Notes under the pieces: generated by a model
The model's database searches: none
The model's input: only the letters and a program-made list of their open reading frames with translations
Told to the model about the DNA's origin: nothing
Shown: in pieces, positions 1-9,186 of the stretch
Numbering within the stretch: position 1 is the first letter of the stretch
Layout of the letters: every line of letters begins with the position of its first letter
Assembly (NCBI GenBank): GCA_026989935.1
Contig: JALSIN010000305.1
Coordinates: 1 to 56,334 of the forward strand
Source: Polyangiaceae bacterium
GTDB lineage: Bacteria > Myxococcota_A > Polyangia > Nannocystales > Nannocystaceae
Reading direction: 5' to 3'
DNA: 56,334 nucleotides
Made by a program: the position numbers and the translations under genes

Positions 1-512
1 TGGAGATGGCCGTGGCCGTGCTGTGCGATCTGGGGATCGGCCGCGGCCGCGCCCGGATCGCCGTGGGCCTCGGCGGCTACCTGCTGGGCCTGCCGTCGGC
101 CCGGTCCCTCGACGTGTTGGGCAACCAGGACTTCGTGTGGGGCGTGGGGCTGCTGCTGTCGGGGCTGCTCGTGGCCGCGGTCGTCGTGCGGTTTTCCGTG
201 GCGCGCCTTTTTCGGGAGGTCCTGGACCCGATCGCGGGGGACCTGCGCTGGCGGGGGACGTTGGCCTTCCTCCTGCGGGTCGGGATCTTCGCCCAGGGCG
301 CCATCCTGCTCGGCTGGTGGATGGACCGGGCCGCCTCCGACTTCGCCACCGGCCCCTGGTGGGACCCGACGGACCCGTACGGGGTCGCCACGTGCCTGCT
401 GCAGTGGGCCGTGGCCGCCGTGCTCGCATTCGCACTCGGGCGGGGGACCGCCCGCCGGCAGGCCGCCCGGGAGGCGACAGGGACGGACGAGGGCCCGCGG
501 CCGATCCCGTAG
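1..512 (+). CDS. 3' end of a polytopic membrane protein gene, open at the window edge; possibly the C-terminus of an SNF-type Na+-dependent transporter
   Basis: The frame is open from nt 3 to the TAG at 510-512. The product is a series of hydrophobic helices (VWGVGLLLSGLLVAAVVV, LAFLLRVGIFAQGAILLGWW, CLLQWAVAAVLAFALG). The family assignment rests on resemblance only. Confidence 0.6.
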   Translation, partial: EMAVAVLCDLGIGRGRARIAVGLGGYLLGLPSARSLDVLGNQDFVWGVGLLLSGLLVAAVVVRFSVARLFREVLDPIAGDLRWRGTLAFLLRVGIFAQGAILLGWWMDRAASDFATGPWWDPTDPYGVATCLLQWAVAAVLAFALGRGTARRQAAREATGTDEGPRPIP

Positions 513-529
513 TCGGGGCGCCGCGGGGA

Positions 530-1582
530 TCAGGCGGGCGCGGGCTCGGGCGCCATCGGCGGCGGCGCGACGGGCGGGCGCAGGCTCGCGAACCCGATGA
601 CGCCACCGTCGCGCTGCAGCCGCCGCACGAGCTCGGCCTGGCCCTCGGCGTGGTAGCTCGATCGCACGAGCGGGCCGCTTTCGACGTGCTGGATCCCCTG
701 CGCTCGCGCAAACTCGGCCAGCGCCTCGAACTCCTCGGGGTGGACGTACCGCGCCACGGGCAGGTGCTTGCGAGACGGTTGCAGGTACTGGCCGAGCGTC
801 AGGATCGAAAGCCCCAGGTCGGCCACCTGCCGGATCACCTCGCGGACCTCGTCCGGCGTCTCACCGAGCCCGAGCATGAGCCCCGTCTTCGTGAGGGCCC
901 CCCGCGCCCGGGCGTGGCGCAGGACCGCGAAGCTGCGATCGTATCGCGCCTGCACCCGGACCTGCCGTGAAAGGCGCGGGACCGTCTCCAGGTTGTGCGC
1001 GAAGACGTCGGGGCCCGCGTCCAGCACGGTGTCCACGTCCTCGATCCGACCCTTGAAGTCCCCCGTGAGCACCTCGACGGTCATCCACGGGGCCGCCCGG
1101 TGGCACGCGTGCAGGGTCGCAGCCCAGTGGGCCGCGCCCCCGTCGCGAAGGTCGTCGCGATCGACCGAGGTGATCACCGTGTGGGTGAGCCGAAGCTCCG
1201 CGAGCATCGCCGCCACGTGCTCGGGTTCGCTCGGGTCCGGGGGCGCGGGGCGGCCCGTGGCCACGTCGCAAAAGCGGCACGAGCGCGTGCAGACGTCGCC
1301 GAGGATCATGATCGTCAGCGCCCGGTGGTTCCAGCACTCGCCGATGTTCGGGCACGACGCGCTCTGGCACACCGTGTGGAGGCCGAGCTGCCGCACGCGG
1401 CGGAGGATCCGGTTGTAGCCTTCCCCGCCGGGGAAACGCGCGCGGATCCACGCCGGGTGTCGCCGGCGGCCGGCGGGGGCGGGGGCGTTCGGGTCCACGA
1501 CGGGCAGGTGGCGCGGCACGGCGCTGGCATACCACGACCCGGGGGCCCGAGCACGCCGGCCGGCGGGGGGCTTCGCCCGCAC
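530..1582 (-). CDS. lipA: lipoyl synthase (radical SAM)
   Basis: Contains HTVCQSASCPNIGECWNHR (auxiliary cluster motif) and the radical SAM motif CTRSCRFC, with LipA-like sequence throughout. The start at 1582 is GTG, and the N-terminal ~40 aa are Arg/Pro-rich, so the true start may lie further downstream. Confidence 0.93.
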   Translation of the reverse strand: MRAKPPAGRRARAPGSWYASAVPRHLPVVDPNAPAPAGRRRHPAWIRARFPGGEGYNRILRRVRQLGLHTVCQSASCPNIGECWNHRALTIMILGDVCTRSCRFCDVATGRPAPPDPSEPEHVAAMLAELRLTHTVITSVDRDDLRDGGAAHWAATLHACHRAAPWMTVEVLTGDFKGRIEDVDTVLDAGPDVFAHNLETVPRLSRQVRVQARYDRSFAVLRHARARGALTKTGLMLGLGETPDEVREVIRQVADLGLSILTLGQYLQPSRKHLPVARYVHPEEFEALAEFARAQGIQHVESGPLVRSSYHAEGQAELVRRLQRDGGVIGFASLRPPVAPPPMAPEPAPA

Positions 1583-1615
1583 CCATGGAGCCCCCGTAGC
1601 CCGGACGCGACGCGG

Positions 1616-3694
1616 TCAGCCCGGGATGATCGAGCAGAAGTCGCCGATACACTGCGCATTCGGATCACAGCAATCCGAAGCGTCGTCGCATGCGTCGCCG
1701 AGCATCGAGCAGGTATCGGGCTTGTCGCCGCAGACCATCCCGCCCATTCCGTCGTCCACGCAAAAGCCCCCGCAGCACTCGAACCCCGCCTCGCAGGCCT
1801 CGCCCAGGTCCTTGCACGGGCTCAGCGCCCAGTTGCCGCGCATGTTGTGGTTGTCGATTTCCTGTCCCGGCAGCCAGAAGGCGGGGTGGCTCGGGTCCAC
1901 GCCCGGGGTGGGGTTGGCGTCGATGGCCGCGACCCAAAGCTGTTTGCGGCGGGAGTTTACGTTCTGGTCGGTCAGGATGTTGCCGTACTGCCGCTCCGAG
2001 ACGAACACCACCCAGAAGTAGCCGCCCGCGGCGACCGGCATGAAGGTGGGCTCGTAGTTGGCCGACTGCTGATCCACCGGGATCGCCCCCATGCCGTTGG
2101 CGAGCGAAAGCTCCATCTGCGCCGAGCCGTCGAGGTTCGTGATCCACAACTCGCCCTGGGCACCCCGGGTGCGCGCCTGGGTCGCCCGCATGAAGGCGAT
2201 CCACTGCGAGTCCGGCGCGAAGGTGGGGTAGGTGACCGTGGGCCGCGACGGATCGTTCGTCGCGACCTGGACGATATCGGTAAACTGCGGCGTGATGAGG
2301 TCCACCGTGGCGAGCCAGAGGGTCGATTGCGTAAAGTCCAGGCCGTTGCCGTCCGTGCGCACGGAAAAGGCCACTTTCTCGCCATCGGGGGACCAGGCCG
2401 GGTGCGCGGGCGCGCCTGGATCGGGTGGATCGAGCAGCGCAAGCTGCGTGGTGCTGTCGTAGGTGGACAGCACCAGCGAGCCCAGCGTGTTGAACGTACC
2501 GTCCGACCAGTGGCGCCAGATCACATAGGCCCCGTCGGGCGAGATCGCCTGGAAACCCGACGACGCCCCCGAGGCGAACAGGTTGACGCCGGTGGACGCC
2601 TCGAACGTGCCCCAGGGGCTTGCGCCGCCGTTGAAGGAGGCGACGATGCGGTTGCCGTCGCGTGAGACGCTGTGGCACGCGATGCACGTCACCCCCGGTG
2701 GAGGCTGCAAGAAGGTCTCCGGCGCGCTCGCACCCGGCGTGATCCGCACCACGCTGCCGTTGTTGACCTCCCAGTAGTATATGATCCCCGTCAGGTTCGC
2801 ATCGGCGACGTTCCAGTAGGTGATCTTCGGCAGGTAGGCCGTCCCCCCGTCGTAGCGCTGGACGCTGACCTTGACCTCGCCCACCACCGAGTCCGTCAGC
2901 TTGAGCCAGGCGTCCACCGGCATCACCGGCAGCGTGTACCGCGACGGCGGGTCCACCGTCTGCCAGCCCTCGAACTCGAACGTGTCGGCCTCCAGGTGCA
3001 CGTAGTAGAGATCGCCCGCGTTGCCGCCGTTCCATTGCAGGACGGGACCCGTGATGCCGCGCGGGAACACCGTCTGGTCGTAGGGGTACAGCCACTGCAT
3101 CGACGGGTCGGGGTCGATGGCGCCGCCGAAGACCTGCTTGACCGCGGGGTCCACACCCTCCGGGTCGTCGGTGACGTGGTACTTGATCGTGGCCGAGGTG
3201 GTCGCCTGCATCCCGTTCCAGGTGAAGGTGACCGTGCCCACCCCGCCCGCGTCCCCCTTGACCGTGAGCACGCCCATGGTCGGGTCCATGTCGGCCAGGT
3301 CGAAGCGGTCGAAGTCCCACGAGCCGTAGATCTGCTGCTTCGTGTCGTCCGCCTTGACGCCGTACGCGGTGAAGGCAAGCGGCGGTGGGAGCTGGCCGTC
3401 GAGGATCTCGAGGACGGGGTCGGCCGGCTCGATCTCGATGGCGACGTACTCGGGCTCGGGCGGCAGGTCGAGCCCGACGGTGGCACTGCCGGCCGACGTC
3501 GAGCCCGTCGAGCCGGCCGTGCCCGTGGCCGTCGTCGTGGGACCGAGGGTGGTCGTGCCCTGGCTGTCGCCCCCGGAAGTCCGACCGTCGCCGCCGCTGC
3601 AGGCCGCGAGAGCGAACGCCACGAGGCACGGCGCCAGACGGCGGCGGCACGCGGTTCGGGAGGGTTCCATCGAAGTCGAAGACATCTTCCGCAT
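1616..3694 (-). CDS. secreted lipoprotein with TolB-like beta-propeller repeats, a single CxxCH motif and a Cys-rich C-terminal knot
   Basis: Lipobox LVAFALAAC-SGG is followed by a G/S/T linker. TolB/WD40-like strands are present (WSPDGEKVAFSV, ISPDGAYVIW, FAPDSQWIAFM). CIACH is encoded at 2672-2686. The last ~65 aa hold 12 Cys (CKDLGEACEAGFECCGGFCVDD...CCDPNAQCIGDFCSIIPG). Confidence 0.85.
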   Translation of the reverse strand: MRKMSSTSMEPSRTACRRRLAPCLVAFALAACSGGDGRTSGGDSQGTTTLGPTTTATGTAGSTGSTSAGSATVGLDLPPEPEYVAIEIEPADPVLEILDGQLPPPLAFTAYGVKADDTKQQIYGSWDFDRFDLADMDPTMGVLTVKGDAGGVGTVTFTWNGMQATTSATIKYHVTDDPEGVDPAVKQVFGGAIDPDPSMQWLYPYDQTVFPRGITGPVLQWNGGNAGDLYYVHLEADTFEFEGWQTVDPPSRYTLPVMPVDAWLKLTDSVVGEVKVSVQRYDGGTAYLPKITYWNVADANLTGIIYYWEVNNGSVVRITPGASAPETFLQPPPGVTCIACHSVSRDGNRIVASFNGGASPWGTFEASTGVNLFASGASSGFQAISPDGAYVIWRHWSDGTFNTLGSLVLSTYDSTTQLALLDPPDPGAPAHPAWSPDGEKVAFSVRTDGNGLDFTQSTLWLATVDLITPQFTDIVQVATNDPSRPTVTYPTFAPDSQWIAFMRATQARTRGAQGELWITNLDGSAQMELSLANGMGAIPVDQQSANYEPTFMPVAAGGYFWVVFVSERQYGNILTDQNVNSRRKQLWVAAIDANPTPGVDPSHPAFWLPGQEIDNHNMRGNWALSPCKDLGEACEAGFECCGGFCVDDGMGGMVCGDKPDTCSMLGDACDDASDCCDPNAQCIGDFCSIIPG

Positions 3695-4063
3695 CGACCG
3701 GATCTTAGCACGGCATCACGACGCGGGGGCCGTTTCCGGTCGGCCGGGGGCAGCCCCGGCGCCGACCGGGGAGACCCTCGAACCGTGGGGGCGACCTCCG
3801 CGTCCACGTGCAGGAGGATCCGGCGCCCGGTCCCGGGGTCGGCCGCCGGACCCACGGGCCGTGCCCGGGGCGTCGCGGGGTGGGCCGTCCGGGTTTTTCC
3901 TTCCGGTCCGCCCGGCGGTTCCCTCGGGGACGTAAGGACCGCTGCGAAACCCCCGCTGCGAGGCCGCGCCTGGGCCGCTTGGGCGCGATCCACCGCCGGG
4001 CCGGGCCGCGGCGGGGCCCTCGGGTTGCGCCCGGCGGCGCCCAGCGCGATCCTTGCAGCCGAC

Positions 4064-4669
4064 GTGACCGACGCCCCCCCGCCCACACCCGGCCCCGCCC
4101 GGCGGCTGCCGGTGCTGTCCGAACCGCCCCGCGCCCCGGCGCCCGCCCACGTGGTCGTGCGCCTTCGGGTCAACGGCCGGCCCGTGGTGACCGCCGTGCC
4201 CGCGCACCACACCCTCCTCGAACTCTTGCGCGAAACCCTCGACCTTACCGGCTCGAAGCAGGGGTGCGACAAGGGAGACTGCGGGGCGTGCACGGTCCAG
4301 GTGGACGGGGTGCCGCGTCTTGCGTGCCTGACCCTCGCGGTCATGGCCGAGGGGTGCGACGTGCGCACGGTCGAGGGGCTCGCCGACGGCTTCGACGGCG
4401 CGCACCCGCTGCAGGACGCCTTCGACCGCTACGACGCCGCGCAGTGTGGGTTCTGTACGCCGGGGATCCTGATGGCGGCCGAGGCCCTGTTGCGGGCGGC
4501 CGGGCGGCCGGTGACCCACGAGGAGGTCCGCGAGGCGCTGGCGGGCAACCTGTGCCGCTGCACCGGGTACACGAAGATCCTGGACGCCGTGGTGGACGCC
4601 AGCCGCGCCCTGTACCCGGGGACCATGCCGGGGGCGGCCCAGGAAGGGAGCGGGACCGATGCCGGATGA
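4064..4669 (+). CDS. xanthine dehydrogenase family [2Fe-2S] small subunit
   Basis: Contains GCDKGDCGACTV and CGFCTPG...CRCTGY, the two 2Fe-2S motifs of CoxS/HcrC-type subunits. The start is inferred as the in-frame GTG at 4064 (no ATG is available). The stop overlaps the next gene's ATG region. Confidence 0.9.
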   Translation: MTDAPPPTPGPARRLPVLSEPPRAPAPAHVVVRLRVNGRPVVTAVPAHHTLLELLRETLDLTGSKQGCDKGDCGACTVQVDGVPRLACLTLAVMAEGCDVRTVEGLADGFDGAHPLQDAFDRYDAAQCGFCTPGILMAAEALLRAAGRPVTHEEVREALAGNLCRCTGYTKILDAVVDASRALYPGTMPGAAQEGSGTDAG

Positions 4670-7100
4670 CCCCAAGAAGCCGGGTGGGATCGTCCGACCC
4701 GGCGCGGACGTGGACCTCGACGCCCCGCAGGTGGCCCGCGGCCAGTGGCTCGACGGCCCGCCCAGCATCGTCGGCCGGACCCACCGCAAGGTGGGCGCGA
4801 TGGACCGCATGCAGGGGATCGCCCGCTACACGGACGACCGCAAGCTGCCGGGGATGCTGCACGCCAAGCTCAAGCGTTCCCCGCACGCCCACGCGCGCAT
4901 CGTCGCGATCGACACCTCGAAGGCGCTGGCGATGGACGGCGTGTTTGCGGTGATCACGGGCCGCGACCTGCCCGAGCCCTACGGCATCATCCCCTGGACG
5001 AAGGACGAGACGGCCCTTTGCGTCGAAAAGGCGCTGTTCGTGGGCGATCCGGTGGCGGCCGTGGCCGCCGTGGACGAGGACACGGCCATCGCCGCGTGCG
5101 ACGCCATCGAGGTCACCTACGAGGTGCTCGAACCGATCTTCGACCCGGAGGAGGCCATCTTCCGCGGCGACGAGAACAAGATCAACCCCTTCGCCCGGCG
5201 CGGCAACCTCACCAAGCACGTGCACCTCGAGTTCGGCGACGTGGACGCGGCCATGGCGGCGGCCGACCTGGTGGTCGAGGGCGAGTACTACTTCGAGGGC
5301 ACCACGCACGCCGCCATCGAGCCCCACTGCGCGCTCGCCCACTACGGGGCGGACGGGATCCTCACCGTCTGGTCGGCCACCCAGGTCACCCACTACCTCC
5401 ACCGGGAGCTTGCCCGGGTGCTGGGCGTGCCCGCCAACCGGATCCGCGTGATCCAGCCACCCCTGGGGGGGGCCTTCGGCGGCAAGAGCGAGCCGTTCGA
5501 CCTGGAGTTTTGCGTGGCGAAGCTGGCGATGATCACCCGCCGACCCGTCAAGCTGCTCTACACGCGCGAGGAGGTCTTCTACAGCCACCGCGGCCGGCAC
5601 CCCATGAAGATGCGCTACCGCACCGGCTTTTCCAAGGACGGCAGGATCCTCGCCCTCGATGCCAAGACGATCCTCGACGGCGGCGCCTACGCCAGCTTCG
5701 GGTTGGTGACGACCTACTACTCCGGGCAGCTCGTGTGCGCGCCGTACGAGGTGGCAACCTACCGCTTCGATTCGTCGCGGGCCTACACGAACAAGCCGGC
5801 CTGCGGTCCCAAGCGCGGGCACGGCAGCGTGCAGCCGCGTTTCGCCATGGAGGTGCAGCTCGACAAGGCGGCCGAGGCCCTCGGGATCGATCCCATCGAG
5901 CTGAGGCGCCGCAACCACATGGGGGAGAACCGGGTGACGGTCAACGGGTTTCGGGTGGGGAGCAACGGGTTCCTCGAGTGTCTCGACGCGGTCGAGCGGG
6001 CCTCGAACTGGAAGGAAAAGCGCGCACACCTGCCCTACGGTCGCGGGGTCGGCGTGGCCGGCAGCACGTACATCTCCGGTACGAACTACCCCATCTACCC
6101 CAACGACATGCCCCAGGCGGCCGTCCAGATCTGCCTGGATCGCAGCGGGCGGGCGAGGGTGTTCTCGGGGGCCAACGACATCGGACAGGGCAGCGACACG
6201 ATGCTCGCCGTGCTCGTCGCGGAGGAACTGGGGCTTCGTCTCGAGGACGTACGGGTCCTTTCGGCCGACACGGACCTTTGCCCGGTGGATCTGGGGGCCT
6301 ACAGCAGCCGCGTGACCTTGATGGTCGGCAACGCCTGTCTGCAGGCCGCCCGGCGCCTTCGGCGGAAGGTCCAGACCTCGGTGGCGAAGCGCTGGGAGAT
6401 CCCCCGCCGGCGCGTGACGCTGGCGGGCGGGGAGGCCCTGGACCTGGAGGACCCGACGCGGCGCGTGCCCATGGCCGAGGCGATCGCCTGGGCCGAGGCG
6501 GACCACGGTCTGCTCGGCGAGGTGGGCTCGTACAACACGCCCAAGGATCGCCACGGGGACTACCGGGGCGGGACCATCGGCGCGTCGCCGGCCTACTCCT
6601 TCACGGCCCACGTGGCCGAGGTGGCCGTGGATCCGGAGACGGGGATCGTGACGGTCGAGACGATCTGGGTGGCGCACGACTGCGGCACGTGCCTGAGCCG
6701 GCGCGTGGTCGAGGGGCAGATGGAGGGGTCGGCCTACATGGGGTTCGGGGAGGCGATCATGGAGCAGCACCGGGTCGATCCGGCGCACGGCGGGGTGCAC
6801 GCCGGCCCGAGCCTGCTCGACTACCGGATCCCGACGACCCTGGACACTCCCCGCATCGAGGCCCACGTGGTGGAGGCGCCGGACCCGAACGGCCCCTACG
6901 GCGCCAAGGAGGCCGGTGAGGGGCCGTTGCATCCGTCGATCCCGGCCATCGCCAACGCCATCTACGACGCCGTCGGGGTACGCATGGACGCCATGCCGTT
7001 TTCGCCGCCGCGGGTGCTCGAGGCGCTGGAGGCCCGCCGGGCGGCGGAGGCGGCGGACGCCGTGCCCCCGTGGAAGGCGGACCGAAGGGGGGAGGGCTAG
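4659..7100 (+). CDS. xanthine dehydrogenase family molybdopterin-binding large subunit
   Basis: 813 aa. The N-terminal a/b-hammerhead region reads GIARYTDDRKLPGMLHAKLKRSPHAHARIVAID. GGAFGGK and later Moco-domain sequence are present. It overlaps the small-subunit gene by 11 nt (4659-4669), consistent with translational coupling. Confidence 0.92.
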   Translation: MPDDPKKPGGIVRPGADVDLDAPQVARGQWLDGPPSIVGRTHRKVGAMDRMQGIARYTDDRKLPGMLHAKLKRSPHAHARIVAIDTSKALAMDGVFAVITGRDLPEPYGIIPWTKDETALCVEKALFVGDPVAAVAAVDEDTAIAACDAIEVTYEVLEPIFDPEEAIFRGDENKINPFARRGNLTKHVHLEFGDVDAAMAAADLVVEGEYYFEGTTHAAIEPHCALAHYGADGILTVWSATQVTHYLHRELARVLGVPANRIRVIQPPLGGAFGGKSEPFDLEFCVAKLAMITRRPVKLLYTREEVFYSHRGRHPMKMRYRTGFSKDGRILALDAKTILDGGAYASFGLVTTYYSGQLVCAPYEVATYRFDSSRAYTNKPACGPKRGHGSVQPRFAMEVQLDKAAEALGIDPIELRRRNHMGENRVTVNGFRVGSNGFLECLDAVERASNWKEKRAHLPYGRGVGVAGSTYISGTNYPIYPNDMPQAAVQICLDRSGRARVFSGANDIGQGSDTMLAVLVAEELGLRLEDVRVLSADTDLCPVDLGAYSSRVTLMVGNACLQAARRLRRKVQTSVAKRWEIPRRRVTLAGGEALDLEDPTRRVPMAEAIAWAEADHGLLGEVGSYNTPKDRHGDYRGGTIGASPAYSFTAHVAEVAVDPETGIVTVETIWVAHDCGTCLSRRVVEGQMEGSAYMGFGEAIMEQHRVDPAHGGVHAGPSLLDYRIPTTLDTPRIEAHVVEAPDPNGPYGAKEAGEGPLHPSIPAIANAIYDAVGVRMDAMPFSPPRVLEALEARRAAEAADAVPPWKADRRGEG

Positions 7101-7104
7101 GACC

Positions 7105-8115
7105 ATGCTGCGGCTTCCCACCTTCGAGGTCGTCCAGCCGACCGCGCTCGAGGCCGCCCTCGAGGCCCTGGCCGAGCCGGACGCCGTCGCGGTGGCCGGC
7201 GGTACGGACCTGTTGCCGAACCTCAAGCACCGCCTCGCGTACCCGCGGCGCCTCGTGAGCCTCGCGCGCGTGGAGGGGCTTGCGCGGGCGCCCGAGGTCG
7301 AGGCGGACGGGACGCTCGTGCTGCGCGCGGGCGCCACGCTCGCGCGCGTGGCGGCGGACCGGCGCGTGCGGACCATCGCGCCGTCGCTCGCCGAGGCCGC
7401 CGGGCGGGTCGCAAGCCCCCTCATCCGCAACATGGCGACCATCGGCGGCAACGTGAACCTCGACACGCGCTGCCGCTACGTCAACCAGACGGCCTTTTGG
7501 CGCTCGGCGATCGGCGGGTGCCTCAAGTCCGAGGGGCAGGTGTGCCACGTGGTGCCCAAGGGGCGAAACTGCGTGGCGGCCCTTTCGAGCGACACCGTGC
7601 CGGTGCTCCTTTCGCTCGATGCGCGGCTGGTGCAGCGGGCGGCGGGGGGACGCCGGCGCGAGATCGACGTGGCGTCCTACTTCCATGCCGACGGCACGGC
7701 ACACCTGCTGCGCGAGCCGGGCGAGATCACCTGGGAGATCCGGATCCCGCCCGCGGTGCAGCCCCGGCGGACGGCCTACGTCAAGTGGAGCGTGCGCGGC
7801 AGCATCGACTTCCCGCTCGTCTCCGTGGCGCTGCGGGCCGACCTGGAGGAAGACCGGGACGACGCCCCCGTCGTGGGGTGGCGCGTCGTGGCGGGGGTGC
7901 TCGGGTCGAAGCCGCGCGTGGTGAAGGTCCCTCCCGCGGCGACGGGCGCCCCGCTGGCCGACCCAGCCGTGGCCGAGGCGGTGGCCGAGGCGGTCCACCG
8001 GCAGTGCAAGCCCCTGGAGAACGTGCCCTACGAGGCCGCCTACCGCCGCAAGCTCGCGCGCGTGCTGGTCCGGCGGGCCGTCGCGCGGCTGGGGGGCCGG
8101 GACACGGCGCGGTGA
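7105..8115 (+). CDS. xanthine dehydrogenase family FAD-binding medium subunit with a four-Cys insertion (HcrB-like)
   Basis: Contains AGGTDLLPNLK and ATIGGN FAD-binding motifs. A C-x15-C-x7-C-x8-C insertion lies at residues 123/139/147/156 (nt 7471-7572). The ATG at 7105 is 4 nt after the large-subunit stop. Confidence 0.9.
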   Translation: MLRLPTFEVVQPTALEAALEALAEPDAVAVAGGTDLLPNLKHRLAYPRRLVSLARVEGLARAPEVEADGTLVLRAGATLARVAADRRVRTIAPSLAEAAGRVASPLIRNMATIGGNVNLDTRCRYVNQTAFWRSAIGGCLKSEGQVCHVVPKGRNCVAALSSDTVPVLLSLDARLVQRAAGGRRREIDVASYFHADGTAHLLREPGEITWEIRIPPAVQPRRTAYVKWSVRGSIDFPLVSVALRADLEEDRDDAPVVGWRVVAGVLGSKPRVVKVPPAATGAPLADPAVAEAVAEAVHRQCKPLENVPYEAAYRRKLARVLVRRAVARLGGRDTAR

Positions 8116-8163
8116 GGCGCTGTCGCAACCCGTGAAAAGTGCGTAGACTCACGGCGTTTCGTC

Positions 8164-9153
8164 ATGGCGCGCCCACTCGAGTACAACGCCACCCTGATCC
8201 GCCGGCAGGATCTGACCGATCTCCTGACGATCTTCACGATCCGTCCCGATGAGCCACCGGCGGCGGATCTCGGAGACGGTCGGTGGTTCATCCCCGGCCA
8301 GTACTTGACGATTGGACTGAATCGGGAGCCGGGGATCGATCCCGAGGGGGACGACCGGCCGCCGTCCGTGCGCCGGGCCATGTCGATCGCCTCGCCCGCC
8401 GACGAGCGCGAAGCCATCGAGCTTTACATCCGGCGCGTCACGCAGCCCACGTCCAAGCTGCCGCTGACGCCGATGCTGTGGCGCCGGCGCGAGGGCGCCC
8501 GCATGTACCTGCGACCCGTGGCGACGGGGCATTTTACGCTGCACCACACGGTGGGGGAGGACGACCGGCGGCTCAAGGTGATGGTGGCGGCCGGCACCGG
8601 GCTCGCGCCCTTCGTCTGCATCGCCCGGTCGCGGCTGCGGGCCGACCCGAAGGCGGATCTTTCCGACCTGGTGATCCTCCACGGCGCCAGCTACCCCTCC
8701 GACCTGGGCTACCGCGAGGAACTGGAGGCGATGGCGCGGACGAACGGGTTGCACTACGTCCCGACGATCTCGCGGCCGCACGAGGCACCGGACTGGCGGG
8801 GGGCGGTCGGCCGGGCAGAGGCTCACTTCACCCAGGAGGCCATCGAGGCGTTCGAGGCGCGGGTGGGGCTGCCCCCCGGCGGGCTCACCCCGAAGAACGC
8901 AGCGGTGCTCATCTGCGGGCTCAACGGCACGATCGCCAACTGCCTCGTGCGCCTGGCCGCGCGGGGGTTCGTGCCCCACCACCCGCGCCTGCGGCGGGTC
9001 CTCGGGATCCTGGAGGAGACGCCGCCGTCGGTCTTCTACGAGCAATACGACATCGAACCGCCGCTCGACGTCCAGGACGAGGACCTCATGGGGCGCCTTC
9101 GCGCCGATCTGGCGCGTGCCGGCGTGGCGCTCGGAGAACCGGTGCCCCGCTGA
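8164..9153 (+). CDS. ferredoxin--NADP+ reductase-type flavoprotein (Fpr-like)
   Basis: RAMSIAS (RxYS-type FAD motif) and MVAAGTGLAPF (NAD(P)H-binding motif) are present. Size and domain order fit bacterial FNR. Confidence 0.85.
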   Translation: MARPLEYNATLIRRQDLTDLLTIFTIRPDEPPAADLGDGRWFIPGQYLTIGLNREPGIDPEGDDRPPSVRRAMSIASPADEREAIELYIRRVTQPTSKLPLTPMLWRRREGARMYLRPVATGHFTLHHTVGEDDRRLKVMVAAGTGLAPFVCIARSRLRADPKADLSDLVILHGASYPSDLGYREELEAMARTNGLHYVPTISRPHEAPDWRGAVGRAEAHFTQEAIEAFEARVGLPPGGLTPKNAAVLICGLNGTIANCLVRLAARGFVPHHPRLRRVLGILEETPPSVFYEQYDIEPPLDVQDEDLMGRLRADLARAGVALGEPVPR

Positions 9154-9154
9154 G

Positions 9155-9186
9155 CAACCCGCGCCGGAGCCGGCGGGGTTGTTTAT
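9155..9186. terminator. hairpin between two convergent stop codons; likely an intrinsic, possibly bidirectional, terminator
   Basis: CAACCC(G)CGCCG-GAGC-CGGCGGGGTTG forms an 11-bp GC-rich stem with one bulge and a 4-nt loop. It is followed by TTTAT on the plus strand. It sits exactly between the stops at 9151-9153 (+) and 9183-9185 (-). Confidence 0.5.

Noticed and set aside
3695-4063. Possible Moco riboswitch or other leader in the 370-nt region upstream of the molybdoenzyme operon.
   Set aside because: I could not recognise the conserved Moco-RNA sequence blocks by eye. Only a generic GC hairpin is evident. A covariance-model search would be needed before any claim.
4341-7466. A 1041-aa minus-strand ORF antisense to the XDH-family large subunit. 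Similar very long ORFs occur at 13980-16514(-), 18440-21904(+), 26808-29471(-), 38045-40753(-), 41038-43602(-), 44207-47476(+) and 48386-50836(+).
   Set aside because: All have Arg/Pro/Gly/Ala-dominated composition with no recognisable motif. Each lies opposite or out of frame to a gene with clear family signatures. Stop-poor alternative frames are expected at this GC content.
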